Made by a program: the position numbers and the translations under genes. From the NCBI GenBank assembly GCA_032128375.1, contig JAQBGU010000202.1, positions 25,620 through 89,619 on the forward strand: a stretch of 64,000 bases of DNA, given 5' to 3'. Below are positions 19,438-29,494 of this stretch, piece by piece; positions within the stretch are counted from its first letter, which is position 1, and the number at the start of each line of letters is the position of its first letter. The DNA comes from Deltaproteobacteria bacterium (GTDB taxonomy: Bacteria; Myxococcota_A; UBA9160; SMWR01). The notes below the pieces were generated by a model. That model worked only from the letters and a program-made list of their open reading frames with translations, had not been told where the DNA came from and did no database searches.

Positions 19438-21243
19438 TCAGGCGCGCGCGCCGGCTCCGCGAACCAGTCTCCCGGGACGGGCCCCCGTGTCCTCGTCGCG
19501 GCGCCTTGTCACGCTGCCGTTCAAGATCGTCGCTTCGTATCCTGAGATTTTCTGCAGCAGCCGAGCGCCGTTAGCGGGCAGATCGTTGTGCGAAACGGGG
19601 ACCTCGACCGCAAGACCATCGAGATTGATGACGTTGAGGTCTGCGCGCATGCCGACCTCGAGGCTGCCGCGATCATGCATGCCGTAGAGGCGCGCATTGC
19701 GGCGCGTCTGTTTCTCGATGATGAACTCGAGCGGCAGCCCTTCGCCCCGCATCCGCCCACCGCCCCAGAGCTTGAGCTGGGTCGTCGGCATCGAACCGTC
19801 GCTGATCAGGTTCACATGCGCGCCGGCGTCAGCGAGGCCTGTCACGGTTTCAGGATGCGCGAGCATCTCGCGTACCGCGCCGAGATTTCCATCGTGATAG
19901 TTCGTGCCCATCGCCATCGCGAAGTTCTTGCCGGCGTTCTCAGTCAGGTAGTCGTAGAGGACTTCCTCGACGGGCTTGCCTTCGCGAGTCGCGCGTGCGC
20001 CGAGCGTCTGATCCGGCGTTGGTTCATAGTCGTAGCCTTCGGGCATCATGAACAGACCCGCCGCCTGAAGCCGGAATACGACTGCCAGGGCTTGCATCGA
20101 CCCGGGGTTCGCGACTTCGACATCGCAGTCGGCCAAAACACGTCGCTTGAGCTCCGGATCGCGCATTCGAGCAGCTCGCTCACCTAGAGGGAGCGCCGCC
20201 AACTCGTCGATGTAGATCCGGCGATTCATGAAGCCGTGGTAGCCGGAAAGTCCGGACAGCAACCCGACCTGCCGTGACGCGACTTGTGGATGTAAGCGAG
20301 CGCCGTTGGCGTTCTGTTCGCTCGCGAACCCCAGTATTTCTCGCCACTGCTCGGGATGATCGGCCGTCTGTACTGTCGTGAAGGTCACCGGAAGGCCGCT
20401 CGCAAGCGAGAGTGACGCGAGAAGCTGCATCTCCTGCTGTGCGGTGAAGCGCTCGCCGCCGAGAAACAGCATGTCGCCGATCGATGAGGATGAGATGGCT
20501 TCGACGACAGCGGCACCGCCGGCGGCCGCACCCTGGGCGATGGCGGTCAACTCTGCGACACTCGCGTAGGTGCCGGGAATCGCCTCGCCATTGATGGAGC
20601 GATGGAAGATCGTGCGCGAAGTGGAGAAGCCCATCGCGCCGGCGCGTGCAGCTGATTCGGCCAGTCGGCGCATCTCAGCGATATCCTGCGGCGTTGCATC
20701 CTCGTGTCGTACCGCGCGGTCGCGCATGACCTGGAAGCGCAGCGCGCTGTGTGGAAGCTGTGTGCCGAAATCAACGGCGTACTCGCGCTCGCCGATCCAG
20801 TCCAGATATTCCTCGAAGCTCTCCCATTCGCCCCAGGGCACACCCTCGGCCAACGCCGTACCGGGAATGTCCTCGACGCCTTCCATCACGTCGATCAGTG
20901 TCTGGTGTTCGCCCTTCGGGCAAGGCGCAAAGCCGACGCCGCAGTTCCCCATGATGAGGGTCGTGGCGCCGTTACTGAACGATGGATCGAGCGCGTCATC
21001 CCAGGTCACGTGGCCGTCGTAGTGGGTATGCACGTCGACCCATCCGGGCACGACGATCGCGCCATCGGCGTCGATGACCTCTGCACCGGGAGCATCGATC
21101 CGGCCGCCCACGGCCACGATCGTGTTGCCCGAGATCGCGAGGTCGCCAGCGATCGGCGTGGCACCGGTGCCGTCGACCAGGGTGCCGCCTCGCACGACGA
21201 GGTCGATCGAATTGGATGAGTTCGGTTGCGCCTTGCGTGCCAT
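19438..21243 (-). CDS. N-acyl-D-amino-acid deacylase family amidohydrolase
   Basis: PGWVDVHTHYDG, MGNCGVGFAP, ADAGAH, MRADLNVI; AAGGAGG SD. Confidence 0.92.
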   Translation of the reverse strand: MARKAQPNSSNSIDLVVRGGTLVDGTGATPIAGDLAISGNTIVAVGGRIDAPGAEVIDADGAIVVPGWVDVHTHYDGHVTWDDALDPSFSNGATTLIMGNCGVGFAPCPKGEHQTLIDVMEGVEDIPGTALAEGVPWGEWESFEEYLDWIGEREYAVDFGTQLPHSALRFQVMRDRAVRHEDATPQDIAEMRRLAESAARAGAMGFSTSRTIFHRSINGEAIPGTYASVAELTAIAQGAAAGGAAVVEAISSSSIGDMLFLGGERFTAQQEMQLLASLSLASGLPVTFTTVQTADHPEQWREILGFASEQNANGARLHPQVASRQVGLLSGLSGYHGFMNRRIYIDELAALPLGERAARMRDPELKRRVLADCDVEVANPGSMQALAVVFRLQAAGLFMMPEGYDYEPTPDQTLGARATREGKPVEEVLYDYLTENAGKNFAMAMGTNYHDGNLGAVREMLAHPETVTGLADAGAHVNLISDGSMPTTQLKLWGGGRMRGEGLPLEFIIEKQTRRNARLYGMHDRGSLEVGMRADLNVINLDGLAVEVPVSHNDLPANGARLLQKISGYEATILNGSVTRRRDEDTGARPGRLVRGAGARA

Positions 21244-21456
21244 CAGCCGCCTCCTTGCGTGGGCGGACAAGATAGCCACTTCGGACCCGCTTGCTGATCC
21301 AGCGGGGGCAACTCCAGTACCGCGCCAACGAGAATGGGCTCGGCTGGGGCCAAAATTCCGTTTCACGGCCGATCAAGTCAGGTTCGAACGATTCAAGATC
21401 CAGAACCGCCTACGATTGACCGGGTTGCGGAGAACAAACCCGCCCGGGCGGCTGAT

Positions 21457-22185
21457 TCAGAAATCGACTCGGATCGCTGCGCCCATGCCGGTCGGAATCA
21501 GCGAGACCTGCCATTCATCGGGCTTTGCGATGCCAGCGAACTTCTGCTGGTAGTCGCTCAGGTTCGAGGCTGCAGCCTTGGGCGATGAGAAGATCATCAC
21601 TTCGCCGACCACGACACCGACGGCGGTAGAGATCAACGCATCCTCCCAATCCCCGAAACCCGCGACGAATGCCCCGCCAACCAGGTTCAGCGCGACGCTG
21701 CCTACGTGGCGTTCCCAGCGAAGTCGTTTCTGGGCGCGCTCCGAAACGCGCGTCAGCTGCGATTCACCTACTGCAAGTCGCTGCAGCTTGGCGCTGCGAT
21801 CGTCTCCACTGATCGCACGCATCGGGTCCGCTCCGAGCCGACCCGGATGCGGGTCCCACAGCATCCGCGCGGTACCGATCACCGCCTTCGAAGCGGTGAC
21901 GATGCTGTTGACGCGCGTGTCGTTCTTGCTGGTCGTCGCTGCTTGCGCGACCCCGATGCCGATTCCGAGCGTGTATCCGCTCGTCCAACCGTATTGCCAG
22001 AACTTGGAATACCCGGCGGTTGCGTCGAGCGTCGCTGTCAGCCACGCGCTGCGTTGATCGAGTTCGGCGTCGCTCAACGTTTCCGGACTTGTTGTGATTC
22101 CCGTGCCGGACGGGTCGGCCGCAGAAGCGGAGATGCACCAGAACATCAATGCAACGACGCAGACACTTTTCGCGAGTGCTCTCAC
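21457..22185 (-). CDS. Hypothetical exported/membrane protein
   Basis: Signal peptide (ASA), hydrophobic hairpins, C-terminal aromatic residue; GGAGGA SD. Confidence 0.7.
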   Translation of the reverse strand: MRALAKSVCVVALMFWCISASAADPSGTGITTSPETLSDAELDQRSAWLTATLDATAGYSKFWQYGWTSGYTLGIGIGVAQAATTSKNDTRVNSIVTASKAVIGTARMLWDPHPGRLGADPMRAISGDDRSAKLQRLAVGESQLTRVSERAQKRLRWERHVGSVALNLVGGAFVAGFGDWEDALISTAVGVVVGEVMIFSSPKAAASNLSDYQQKFAGIAKPDEWQVSLIPTGMGAAIRVDF

Positions 22186-22528
22186 TTGAGCAGTCCTCCA
22201 CGGAGGTCTCCGTCAGATCGGAAACCGCGATTCGAGATTCAGACCAAACTGGGGGGCGCCGGAGCGCTTCCAATCCTATCGAATGCGCACTGGTTTGGAG
22301 TGTGCGGATTATCCTTTGGGCGGCGATGAATCGATCAGGCAATGTATCGGATACCCCTCAGCTCCCTGAATGGAATTTGACTTCCCTCCAACCGATGCCG
22401 CCAGATAACCAACGGTTCGCCGCCGATCGTGCTCTCAGATTTCGCGCTTGCCGGTGCGAGATTGGTGGGCGTTTTGGTTCGTGGCTAGCGTCCCAAAGCC
22501 GAATCCTATCGTTGCCTCGAAGGAATCC

Positions 22529-24016
22529 ATGGACCAAACCACCATCAGCCTGCATACCGCTTTCGAAGTCGGAGAAGTCGATCCCCGGATTTTCGGCGGA
22601 TTCCTCGAGCACATGGGACGCTGCGTCTACGAAGGCGTGTTCGAACCCAACTCGGTCCACGCCGACGAAGATGGCTTTCGTCGCGATGTGCTGGCTGCTC
22701 TGGACCGGTTGGCGATGCCCGTCATCCGCTATCCGGGCGGAAATTTCGCTTCCGGCTATCACTGGATGGATGGCGTCGGCCCGGCAGGGTCGCGGCCGAC
22801 GGTTCGCGAGCTGGCCTGGCAGAGCATCGAAACCAACCAGTTCGGCACCGAGGAGTTCATGGGGCTGTGCCGGAAACTGGGCTGGACGCCGATGCTTTGC
22901 GTGAACCTCGGAACGGGTACCCCGGAAGAAGCGCGCAACTGGGTGGAGTATTGCAATTCGCCTGTGGGCACTCGCTATTCCGACATGCGACGGGCTTGCG
23001 GTTCGACCGACCCCCACGCAGTGCCACTCTGGTGCCTTGGAAACGAAATGGACGGACCCTGGCAGCTTGGGCATGTGCCCGCCGCCCAGTACGCGATTCT
23101 CGCCCAGCAGGCGGCGAAGATGATGAAGGATGTCGACCGCTCCATCGAACTCGTACTCTGCGGATCTGCTGCGGTGACGCTTCCCTCCTACATGCAGTGG
23201 GATCGAGAGGTGCTCGAGCACGTTGGAGGGCTTGCGGACTACATCAGCATGCACCGCTACGTGGACAACCGCGCAGGCGATACGGCTGACTTTCTGGCCG
23301 TCACCAATGCAATCGACAAGCAGATCGAAGACATGGATGCCGTGTGTCGCTTCGTACAGGCGAAGCGCCGCAGCCAGAAGAGGGCGTTCCTTTGCTTCGA
23401 CGAGTGGAATATCTGGTACAAGAATATGGAGATGGACGGGGCTTTGAAGCACGCACCGCACCTGATCGAGGAACGCTACAACCTGGAAGACGCGCTCGTG
23501 GTCGCCGGGTTTTTCAACAGCTTCCTCCGGCACGCTGATGTCGTGAAAATCGCCAACATTGCTCAGATCGTGAACGTAATCGCCCCGATCCAGACGCGTG
23601 GCGACGAGTTGCTGCTGCAATCCATATTTCACGTCTTCGAGATGTATTCGAAGCGAAAAACCGGGCGCGCACTGCGTCTCGCGGTCCGGGGGCCTTGCTA
23701 CGAGGGCGCAAAAAACGGGCGAGTCCACACCGTCGACTCGAGTGCCATTCTCGACGGCGATACACTCCATGTTTTTGCCACAAACCGCAGTCTTACCGAT
23801 GATGCCCCTTTGCGGATTTCGCTCGCTGACCACGCGGTCAGGCATGTCCTCGATTGCGAGGTCGTGACCGGGGATGACCCCAAAGCCGAAAATTCCTTCG
23901 AACACTCCGATCGAATCGGTGCCGAGAAGTTCGAAGAAGTGAATATCGCAGCGGGCGCTGTGGAGGCACGTCTTCCTCCGATGTCCACTGTGGCGATGAG
24001 TTTTTCACTCAGCTGA
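22529..24016 (+). CDS. abfA: Alpha-L-arabinofuranosidase, GH51
   Basis: GGFLEHMGR, RYPGGNF, WCLGNEMDGPWQ, FDEWNIW, NIAQIVNVI. Confidence 0.93.
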   Translation: MDQTTISLHTAFEVGEVDPRIFGGFLEHMGRCVYEGVFEPNSVHADEDGFRRDVLAALDRLAMPVIRYPGGNFASGYHWMDGVGPAGSRPTVRELAWQSIETNQFGTEEFMGLCRKLGWTPMLCVNLGTGTPEEARNWVEYCNSPVGTRYSDMRRACGSTDPHAVPLWCLGNEMDGPWQLGHVPAAQYAILAQQAAKMMKDVDRSIELVLCGSAAVTLPSYMQWDREVLEHVGGLADYISMHRYVDNRAGDTADFLAVTNAIDKQIEDMDAVCRFVQAKRRSQKRAFLCFDEWNIWYKNMEMDGALKHAPHLIEERYNLEDALVVAGFFNSFLRHADVVKIANIAQIVNVIAPIQTRGDELLLQSIFHVFEMYSKRKTGRALRLAVRGPCYEGAKNGRVHTVDSSAILDGDTLHVFATNRSLTDDAPLRISLADHAVRHVLDCEVVTGDDPKAENSFEHSDRIGAEKFEEVNIAAGAVEARLPPMSTVAMSFSLS

Positions 24017-24040
24017 AAACCCAAGAGTGATGGGTTCGGC

Positions 24041-25294
24041 TCACTCCCGATCGATGTTGTATCGCTCGCGATAGGCGCTGAACCCCTCGGCGAGTTCATC
24101 GTAGGTCCAGCCGAAATCCTTCGGATCGTAGACATGACGTCCCTCCGAGTGGCGGCCGCGCTCTTGCATCCAGACCTCCATTCGGCGCGTGTGCAGTTTG
24201 CTCGGTGTCTCACCGTGGTGTGCATAGATCGAGTGCACGGCGCCGATCGGGTCCTTCATCAGATCCGCGAAGCGCAGGTGCTGACACCAGCCGTCGTCCG
24301 CTTGATCGTCGTAGGCCATACCCGACTCGATTGCGAAGCGAGATTTGCCCAGCCACTCTTCCGCGACCGAGACGTGATCTCGACGATTCGTGAACATGCG
24401 CTGCAGAGAATTCGCCAAGCTCGCGAGCGACGTGATGACCTTACCGGGATCGCGGTGGGTCCAGATGATGCGCGCGTCGGGGTAGTGATTGCGAAGCGTC
24501 TCGAGACACCACAGGTGGTTGGGTGTCTTGAGTACCCAGCGCTCGGTCGGCTGAGCGGACTGAAAGACCTGGAGCGCCAGCTTGTGCTGGGCATAAGCGG
24601 GCGTCATGTCGCAGGCTTGAAGCCAGCGCCCGTAGCTCGGCACGTATGCTTGGGTTTCTACGCCCAGCGTCCGAATGTCGAACATGAATAGTGCGACACA
24701 CTCCTGGGCGATCGTGGCACCGAACGGGTGCATCGCGCCGATCGCCGGATTCAGCTTCAGGAGCTGACCAAGCTGTTTGGCGCTTTCGGCGATGCGCGGA
24801 TCTTCGGCTGCCGTCGCGAGTGTCGGGGGCGGAATCGGGCGGGCCGCCTCCCAATGGGTCAGTGAACGGGCCGTTGGATCGAGTCCAATCAGAAGCGAGA
24901 GCAAGCTGGTGCCGGTCCGCGGCAGTCCGATGATCACCCAGGGCGCTACGATCTGTTCGTCGCGTACCGCGGGATGCTCGCGTGCCCAGCGGGCCAATTC
25001 GATGCGATTGCGCATCGACTCGACGAGCATGCCCTTCAGCGCCAGCCGCCCGAAGAGGTTCAGGTCGGCCTCTTCGCGCGCCGACTTCAGATACAGATCG
25101 AGAGGTTCGCGAAAGCTATCCCCGCCGAGGTCCCGGGACCCCGCGCGCTTCTGGGCCACGCGAATGATCGCCTCGCTCGTCAGCGATGGGACGTTGATGC
25201 CGGCCCGCGCGAGTCGTACACCGCCCCAGTTGAGTGCGCGCAGCGCGGGAGATCTGAGGTTGGCGTCCCGGAAGCTATACGCGGTGGCAGTCAT
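24041..25294 (-). CDS. Sulfotransferase family protein
   Basis: IIGLPRTGTS PAPS-binding loop, WVLKTPNH, WTHRDP. Confidence 0.9.
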   Translation of the reverse strand: MTATAYSFRDANLRSPALRALNWGGVRLARAGINVPSLTSEAIIRVAQKRAGSRDLGGDSFREPLDLYLKSAREEADLNLFGRLALKGMLVESMRNRIELARWAREHPAVRDEQIVAPWVIIGLPRTGTSLLSLLIGLDPTARSLTHWEAARPIPPPTLATAAEDPRIAESAKQLGQLLKLNPAIGAMHPFGATIAQECVALFMFDIRTLGVETQAYVPSYGRWLQACDMTPAYAQHKLALQVFQSAQPTERWVLKTPNHLWCLETLRNHYPDARIIWTHRDPGKVITSLASLANSLQRMFTNRRDHVSVAEEWLGKSRFAIESGMAYDDQADDGWCQHLRFADLMKDPIGAVHSIYAHHGETPSKLHTRRMEVWMQERGRHSEGRHVYDPKDFGWTYDELAEGFSAYRERYNIDRE

Positions 25295-26325
25295 GCGCCG
25301 ACCAGCACCGCCGTGCGCCCCAGGCTCCGGCGCTGCTCGTGGTCTTCGAGGGCGCCTGCGGCATCTTCGAGCGATACGCGCCGCCCAACATGGGGTCGCA
25401 CGTCGCCGCTGGCAGCGAGTCTCAACAAATCAGTGTGTACCGTGTCCGCGACGTCGCGACCAAACGGGTTGAAGCCCATCCGACGCAGCGGTCCTGGCAC
25501 GTTGCTCATGTACGCCCCGATCACGCCGATGATCGAGAAGTTTCCCATACAGGTCGGACGCAGGGGGGCGCCGCCGGTGCCATTTTCAGGATCATCGGCA
25601 AAGCCACCGGCGATATAACGCCCTCCTTTGGAGACGGCGCGCCAGGCATCCTTCATGAAGCCGCCTCCGGCGAGATCAAAAACAACCTCGGCTCCGATGT
25701 CGCTCGTATGATCGAGAACCGCGTCTGCAAAGTTCGCCTCACGGTGATCGACGGCCAGCTCGGCGCCGAGTTGTCGGCACAAGGCGACCTTGTCGGGACC
25801 ACCCGCCGTCGCAAACACACGCGCTCCGCAGGCCCGGCCGAGTTGGATGGCTGCCGTGCCGAGCCCGCTGGCGCCGGAGATTATCAGCAGACCTTCGCCC
25901 CGGGTGAGCGCGGCACGCTCGAATAGCGCAAGGTGCGCGGTGTGATAGGGGATTACGAAGGTCGCCGCCTCGGCATCGTCGAACTCGGGCGGAGCGTCGA
26001 AGACGGAGTCGACCGGTGCGAGTGCGAACTCGGCGAGTCCGCCCTGGGCCATCTGCGTGATGGCGACGACGCGTTTCCCCAGCCAGGCCTCTGCGCCGTT
26101 TCCCACAGCATCGACTGTGCCGCAAACATCCATCCCCAAAATGAACGGGGGCGGCATCGGGATGGTTGTAATGCGCCCGTAGCAGCGATCGATGTCGTTG
26201 AAATTCAGTGAAGCCGCCGAAACGGCTACCCGCACCTGTCCCGGTCCCGGTTCAGGGATGGTCGCATCCACGACTTCGAGGGCCTCGCTGGGACGTCCGT
26301 TCTTCGAGACTTGTAGAGCGCGCAT
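25291..26325 (-). CDS. NADPH:quinone oxidoreductase family (MDR) protein
   Basis: AASLNFND, GASGLGTAAIQLG; overlaps the sulfotransferase start. Confidence 0.9.
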   Translation of the reverse strand: MRALQVSKNGRPSEALEVVDATIPEPGPGQVRVAVSAASLNFNDIDRCYGRITTIPMPPPFILGMDVCGTVDAVGNGAEAWLGKRVVAITQMAQGGLAEFALAPVDSVFDAPPEFDDAEAATFVIPYHTAHLALFERAALTRGEGLLIISGASGLGTAAIQLGRACGARVFATAGGPDKVALCRQLGAELAVDHREANFADAVLDHTSDIGAEVVFDLAGGGFMKDAWRAVSKGGRYIAGGFADDPENGTGGAPLRPTCMGNFSIIGVIGAYMSNVPGPLRRMGFNPFGRDVADTVHTDLLRLAASGDVRPHVGRRVSLEDAAGALEDHEQRRSLGRTAVLVGA

Positions 26326-26353
26326 GCCTCTCCCTTCGGGTTGGATCGCCACG

Positions 26354-27148
26354 CTAGCGAGCCGGATCGGCTGCCGGAATGAGCATACCCTCGCTGTTGA
26401 CGTGCGGGTGAGCCTGGCCCGGCGGGTCGATTCTCAGTTTCACGCCACGGCATCGAGAGGATCGGAAAGCAGCTGCTCGAAGGGTTGTGACGAGAGGTAG
26501 GCGGCGCGGCGGCCGCGGCCGATGGCCTCGAGCGCGTTGCGCCGGCTGATGCGACCACTGAGCAGTGACATCACGACGAAGATGGGCAGCGCCCGATCGT
26601 TGGCACGCTGGGGAAGTGAAAAACACATCAATGCGGACTCGCCCGCGTGGGTTGCGTCGTAACCGGCGAGCACATGCCACAGGTCGTGCATCACGGTGAA
26701 TCGATCACTCACCCACTGGCGTACCGGGTCGAGCGCCGCGTAGTCGCGCGACATCTGGTGCTGCGATTCGATGCGCTTGCGTGCATTCAGGGCGTGGCGC
26801 TCGCAGAAGGCGAGAAACTCTCGGCCCAGGCTGCCGACGGGGAGGCTGCGCAGGCCGTCGTGATCCGCCAATGCGTCAGCGAGCGAAACTCTACGTTCGA
26901 GCAGCGCGCGTCCCGTCTGGTGGTCGAGAAAGCGAGCGAGCTGGCGCTCGTCGCTCATGCCACCCAACGCATCTCCCACCGAATACGCCGCGTCGAGTAC
27001 CTGGGTCGGATCGGCCTCTTTCAGGATCGCCAGCTGCTCTCGCAGTCGCCGCCATTGAACCGGCCGTGCGACAGGGGCCGGAAGATCGGCGAGCCTGACG
27101 CGGCTGGCGGTCGCGTTTGGACGGTTCGCGCGTCAATGCGTGGACCAT
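26354..27148 (-). pseudogene. Coq4-like protein split by two single-base frameshifts (near 27117 and near 26445)
   Basis: GSLGREF and HDLWHVLAGYD (Coq4 HDxxH); SD-preceded ATG at 27148; C-terminal KLRIDPP lies in another frame. Confidence 0.7.
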
Positions 27149-27478
27149 GTGTGCCCCTCTGCGCTGCGTTTCCCAAGCGGGACGCGGTCGATCGCAGTGT
27201 GCGCGATCGACGCCCGCCATCATGCCATGAAGCGCAAGGCACTGGAAGTCGGAAGGCGAAGAAGTCGCGCATCCGGTGAAGGACTCGCGGTTCCGGACTC
27301 ATTGCGCATTCGGCAAGCGGCTCTCGACGACCATTTCTGGCGACTTCCTCTGTGTGCTTCGGGACAGCGGCCAGTGCCGATGGTGATGCCTGCCGGAATC
27401 GTGCACTAGAATACGAATCAGGGCGAGCGCTCGACCCGGCGAACACTGGAAAGCAAGCGTCGCGAGGGGGCTCCTGGC

Positions 27479-28360
27479 CTAGTTATCGCTCTTGTCTCGG
27501 ACTGCGTCGAGGACATGACTTTCGTTTTGGCTTCCGAAGCCCAGTTTGGAAGTGTGATCGAATTGGGCCAGCGCAACGTCTCCCAGAACGGCTGCGACGC
27601 CGAGGTCCTGAGACAGGGCCATGGCGTAGCGGGTATCCTTGCGCCGCAGGTCTGTGCTGAAGGCGAGCTGCTCCGCGTGAGATCCGGCAGCCATGATGCG
27701 AGCTTGACGGCCGACGTGGAACGACCCGGCGGCGCCTTTCGCCAGGGAGTCGGCGACCTGGTCGAGATCGAGGCCAGCGCGACGGGCAGTCTCCATTGCC
27801 TCAGCGGTGGCCGCAATCTCGATGGCGCCCAGCAGATTGACGATCAGTTTGTAGGCTGTGCCGGCGCCGATGGGTCCGAAGCGGATGATTTCACGAGCCA
27901 AGGGATCCAGGCAGATGCGGGCGCTGTCGATCGTATCAGGCTGGCCGCCGATCAGTAGCGTCAGGTCGCCGCGCGCCGCGGCCTCGGGCAGCCCCGTTAC
28001 GGGGCAGTCGAGGTAACCAATCTGGTTTTCCTCGGCCCGGCTCGAAAGTTCCAGCACCCAGGCGTGGGAAAGCGTCGAACATTCGATCGCGAGCGCGTTG
28101 GGTTCCAAGGCGCCGAGCATTCCCGCTGGCCGTGCCCACACCCTCTGACTCGCTTCATCATCGGAGACCATCGAGAACGCGACGTCAGCACCTTCGGCAG
28201 CCTCTCGGGGTGTCGCGGCGAGTGTTGCGCCGGCTGCGACCAGTGCGGCTGCCCTTTCCGGTGTCCGGTTCCAGACGCGAAGCTGATGGCCAGCCCGCAG
28301 CAGGCAGCCGACCATACCGGCGCCCATCGCACCCAAACCACAGAAGGCTATTCTGGCCAT
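27479..28360 (-). CDS. 3-hydroxyisobutyrate dehydrogenase family NAD(P)-dependent oxidoreductase
   Basis: GLGAMG, WNRT, LDCPVTG, YKLIVN. Confidence 0.9.
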   Translation of the reverse strand: MARIAFCGLGAMGAGMVGCLLRAGHQLRVWNRTPERAAALVAAGATLAATPREAAEGADVAFSMVSDDEASQRVWARPAGMLGALEPNALAIECSTLSHAWVLELSSRAEENQIGYLDCPVTGLPEAAARGDLTLLIGGQPDTIDSARICLDPLAREIIRFGPIGAGTAYKLIVNLLGAIEIAATAEAMETARRAGLDLDQVADSLAKGAAGSFHVGRQARIMAAGSHAEQLAFSTDLRRKDTRYAMALSQDLGVAAVLGDVALAQFDHTSKLGFGSQNESHVLDAVRDKSDN

Positions 28361-28427
28361 CCAGCGTCTCCCTCCTAACCGATCGACACATGACCTCGAT
28401 GAGTGTCGCGCATATTGCGCTCGCGAA

Positions 28428-29468
28428 CTAAGTGCCTTCCACGCGCGACCGGGCTTGATGGACGCGAATGAACGGCTGTGTTTCGAGGATCGCCAACGGC
28501 AGTAGAGCAACGGTCCAAACGAAATACTGGCGAAACAGTACGTCGTTGAACGTGATGAAGATGCTGAGTATCCAAAAGGACGTCGCGTAGATGCCCAGGT
28601 ATCGACGGTACGCCGCCAAATAGAGCAGGGCCATCATCGCGAGCATTGGCAGTCTTCCGACGAGCCCTGTCGCGCCCAGAATCTGCGAAAGGGAAGGCGC
28701 AGCGACATGACTCGACGCGCTCCGAGTGGCCGAAAACAGCACGGACTTCGCGAGTCCGGTGGCATCCCATAGCAGGAATGGGATCATCACGACTACCGGT
28801 ATCAACAGGATCCAGAAGAGCGCCTCGAGCGCTCGCTTGAGCGTTGGCCAACCCCGACCTTGGGCGAGTTCGAGCACGAGGTAGACGGGAACCAGGAAGA
28901 TCGCGATCTGTTTGACCGCCAGCGACGCTCCGAGGAGCAAGTACGAAGTTCGTCTGCGTCGGTCGAAGAGCAAGAGCGACCCGATCAGCATCAGAATCGA
29001 CAACGGTTCGATATGCACGATCTGCAGGACATGGACGGACCAGCGATTGAAAAACCAGAATGCTGCCGTCAACGCGCCCAATAGCAACGGACCTCGGCGC
29101 GATACTTCCCAAAACAGCAGCCACCCGATCGCCGCGTAACAACAGAAAAATGCCGCTCGCCACACCCTGGTCCAGGTCTCGAAGTCCTTCGCACCTGCCA
29201 ACTGAGAACCTGCGGAAAGAACGTAGAAGCCAGGGAAATAGGTCGGATACTTTCTGTTGTCCGTCATGTTGTTACTGCGGTGGATTCGCGAGTAGGGGTT
29301 CTGACCGTTGATGATTCGGTCGCCCTCACGCCAGGCGTAGAAGATGTCATCGCTGCGCAGAGAACTCGGTTCGGTCACGAAAACCGGGACGACGGCGATC
29401 GCGACCAGGGCTGCGAAGGTGACAATCATGATGATCGTTCGGCGAGTCGGCCATTTCACGGTGCCCAA
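28428..29468 (-). CDS. GT-C fold membrane glycosyltransferase (GT87-like)
   Basis: DD in first loop, GQNPY, YPTYFPG, LAVKQ, FRQY; multi-TM; start uncertain. Confidence 0.7.
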   Translation of the reverse strand: MGTVKWPTRRTIIMIVTFAALVAIAVVPVFVTEPSSLRSDDIFYAWREGDRIINGQNPYSRIHRSNNMTDNRKYPTYFPGFYVLSAGSQLAGAKDFETWTRVWRAAFFCCYAAIGWLLFWEVSRRGPLLLGALTAAFWFFNRWSVHVLQIVHIEPLSILMLIGSLLLFDRRRRTSYLLLGASLAVKQIAIFLVPVYLVLELAQGRGWPTLKRALEALFWILLIPVVVMIPFLLWDATGLAKSVLFSATRSASSHVAAPSLSQILGATGLVGRLPMLAMMALLYLAAYRRYLGIYATSFWILSIFITFNDVLFRQYFVWTVALLPLAILETQPFIRVHQARSRVEGT

Positions 29469-29494
29469 GGGAAACTCACGCTAACACGGGCCTT

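Noticed and set aside
22358..23905. Long antisense ORFs (e.g. 515 aa here; also 2019-3440, 4881-6218, 33264-34421)
   Set aside because: They overlap well-supported genes on the opposite strand, as expected in high-GC DNA, and show no recognisable motifs
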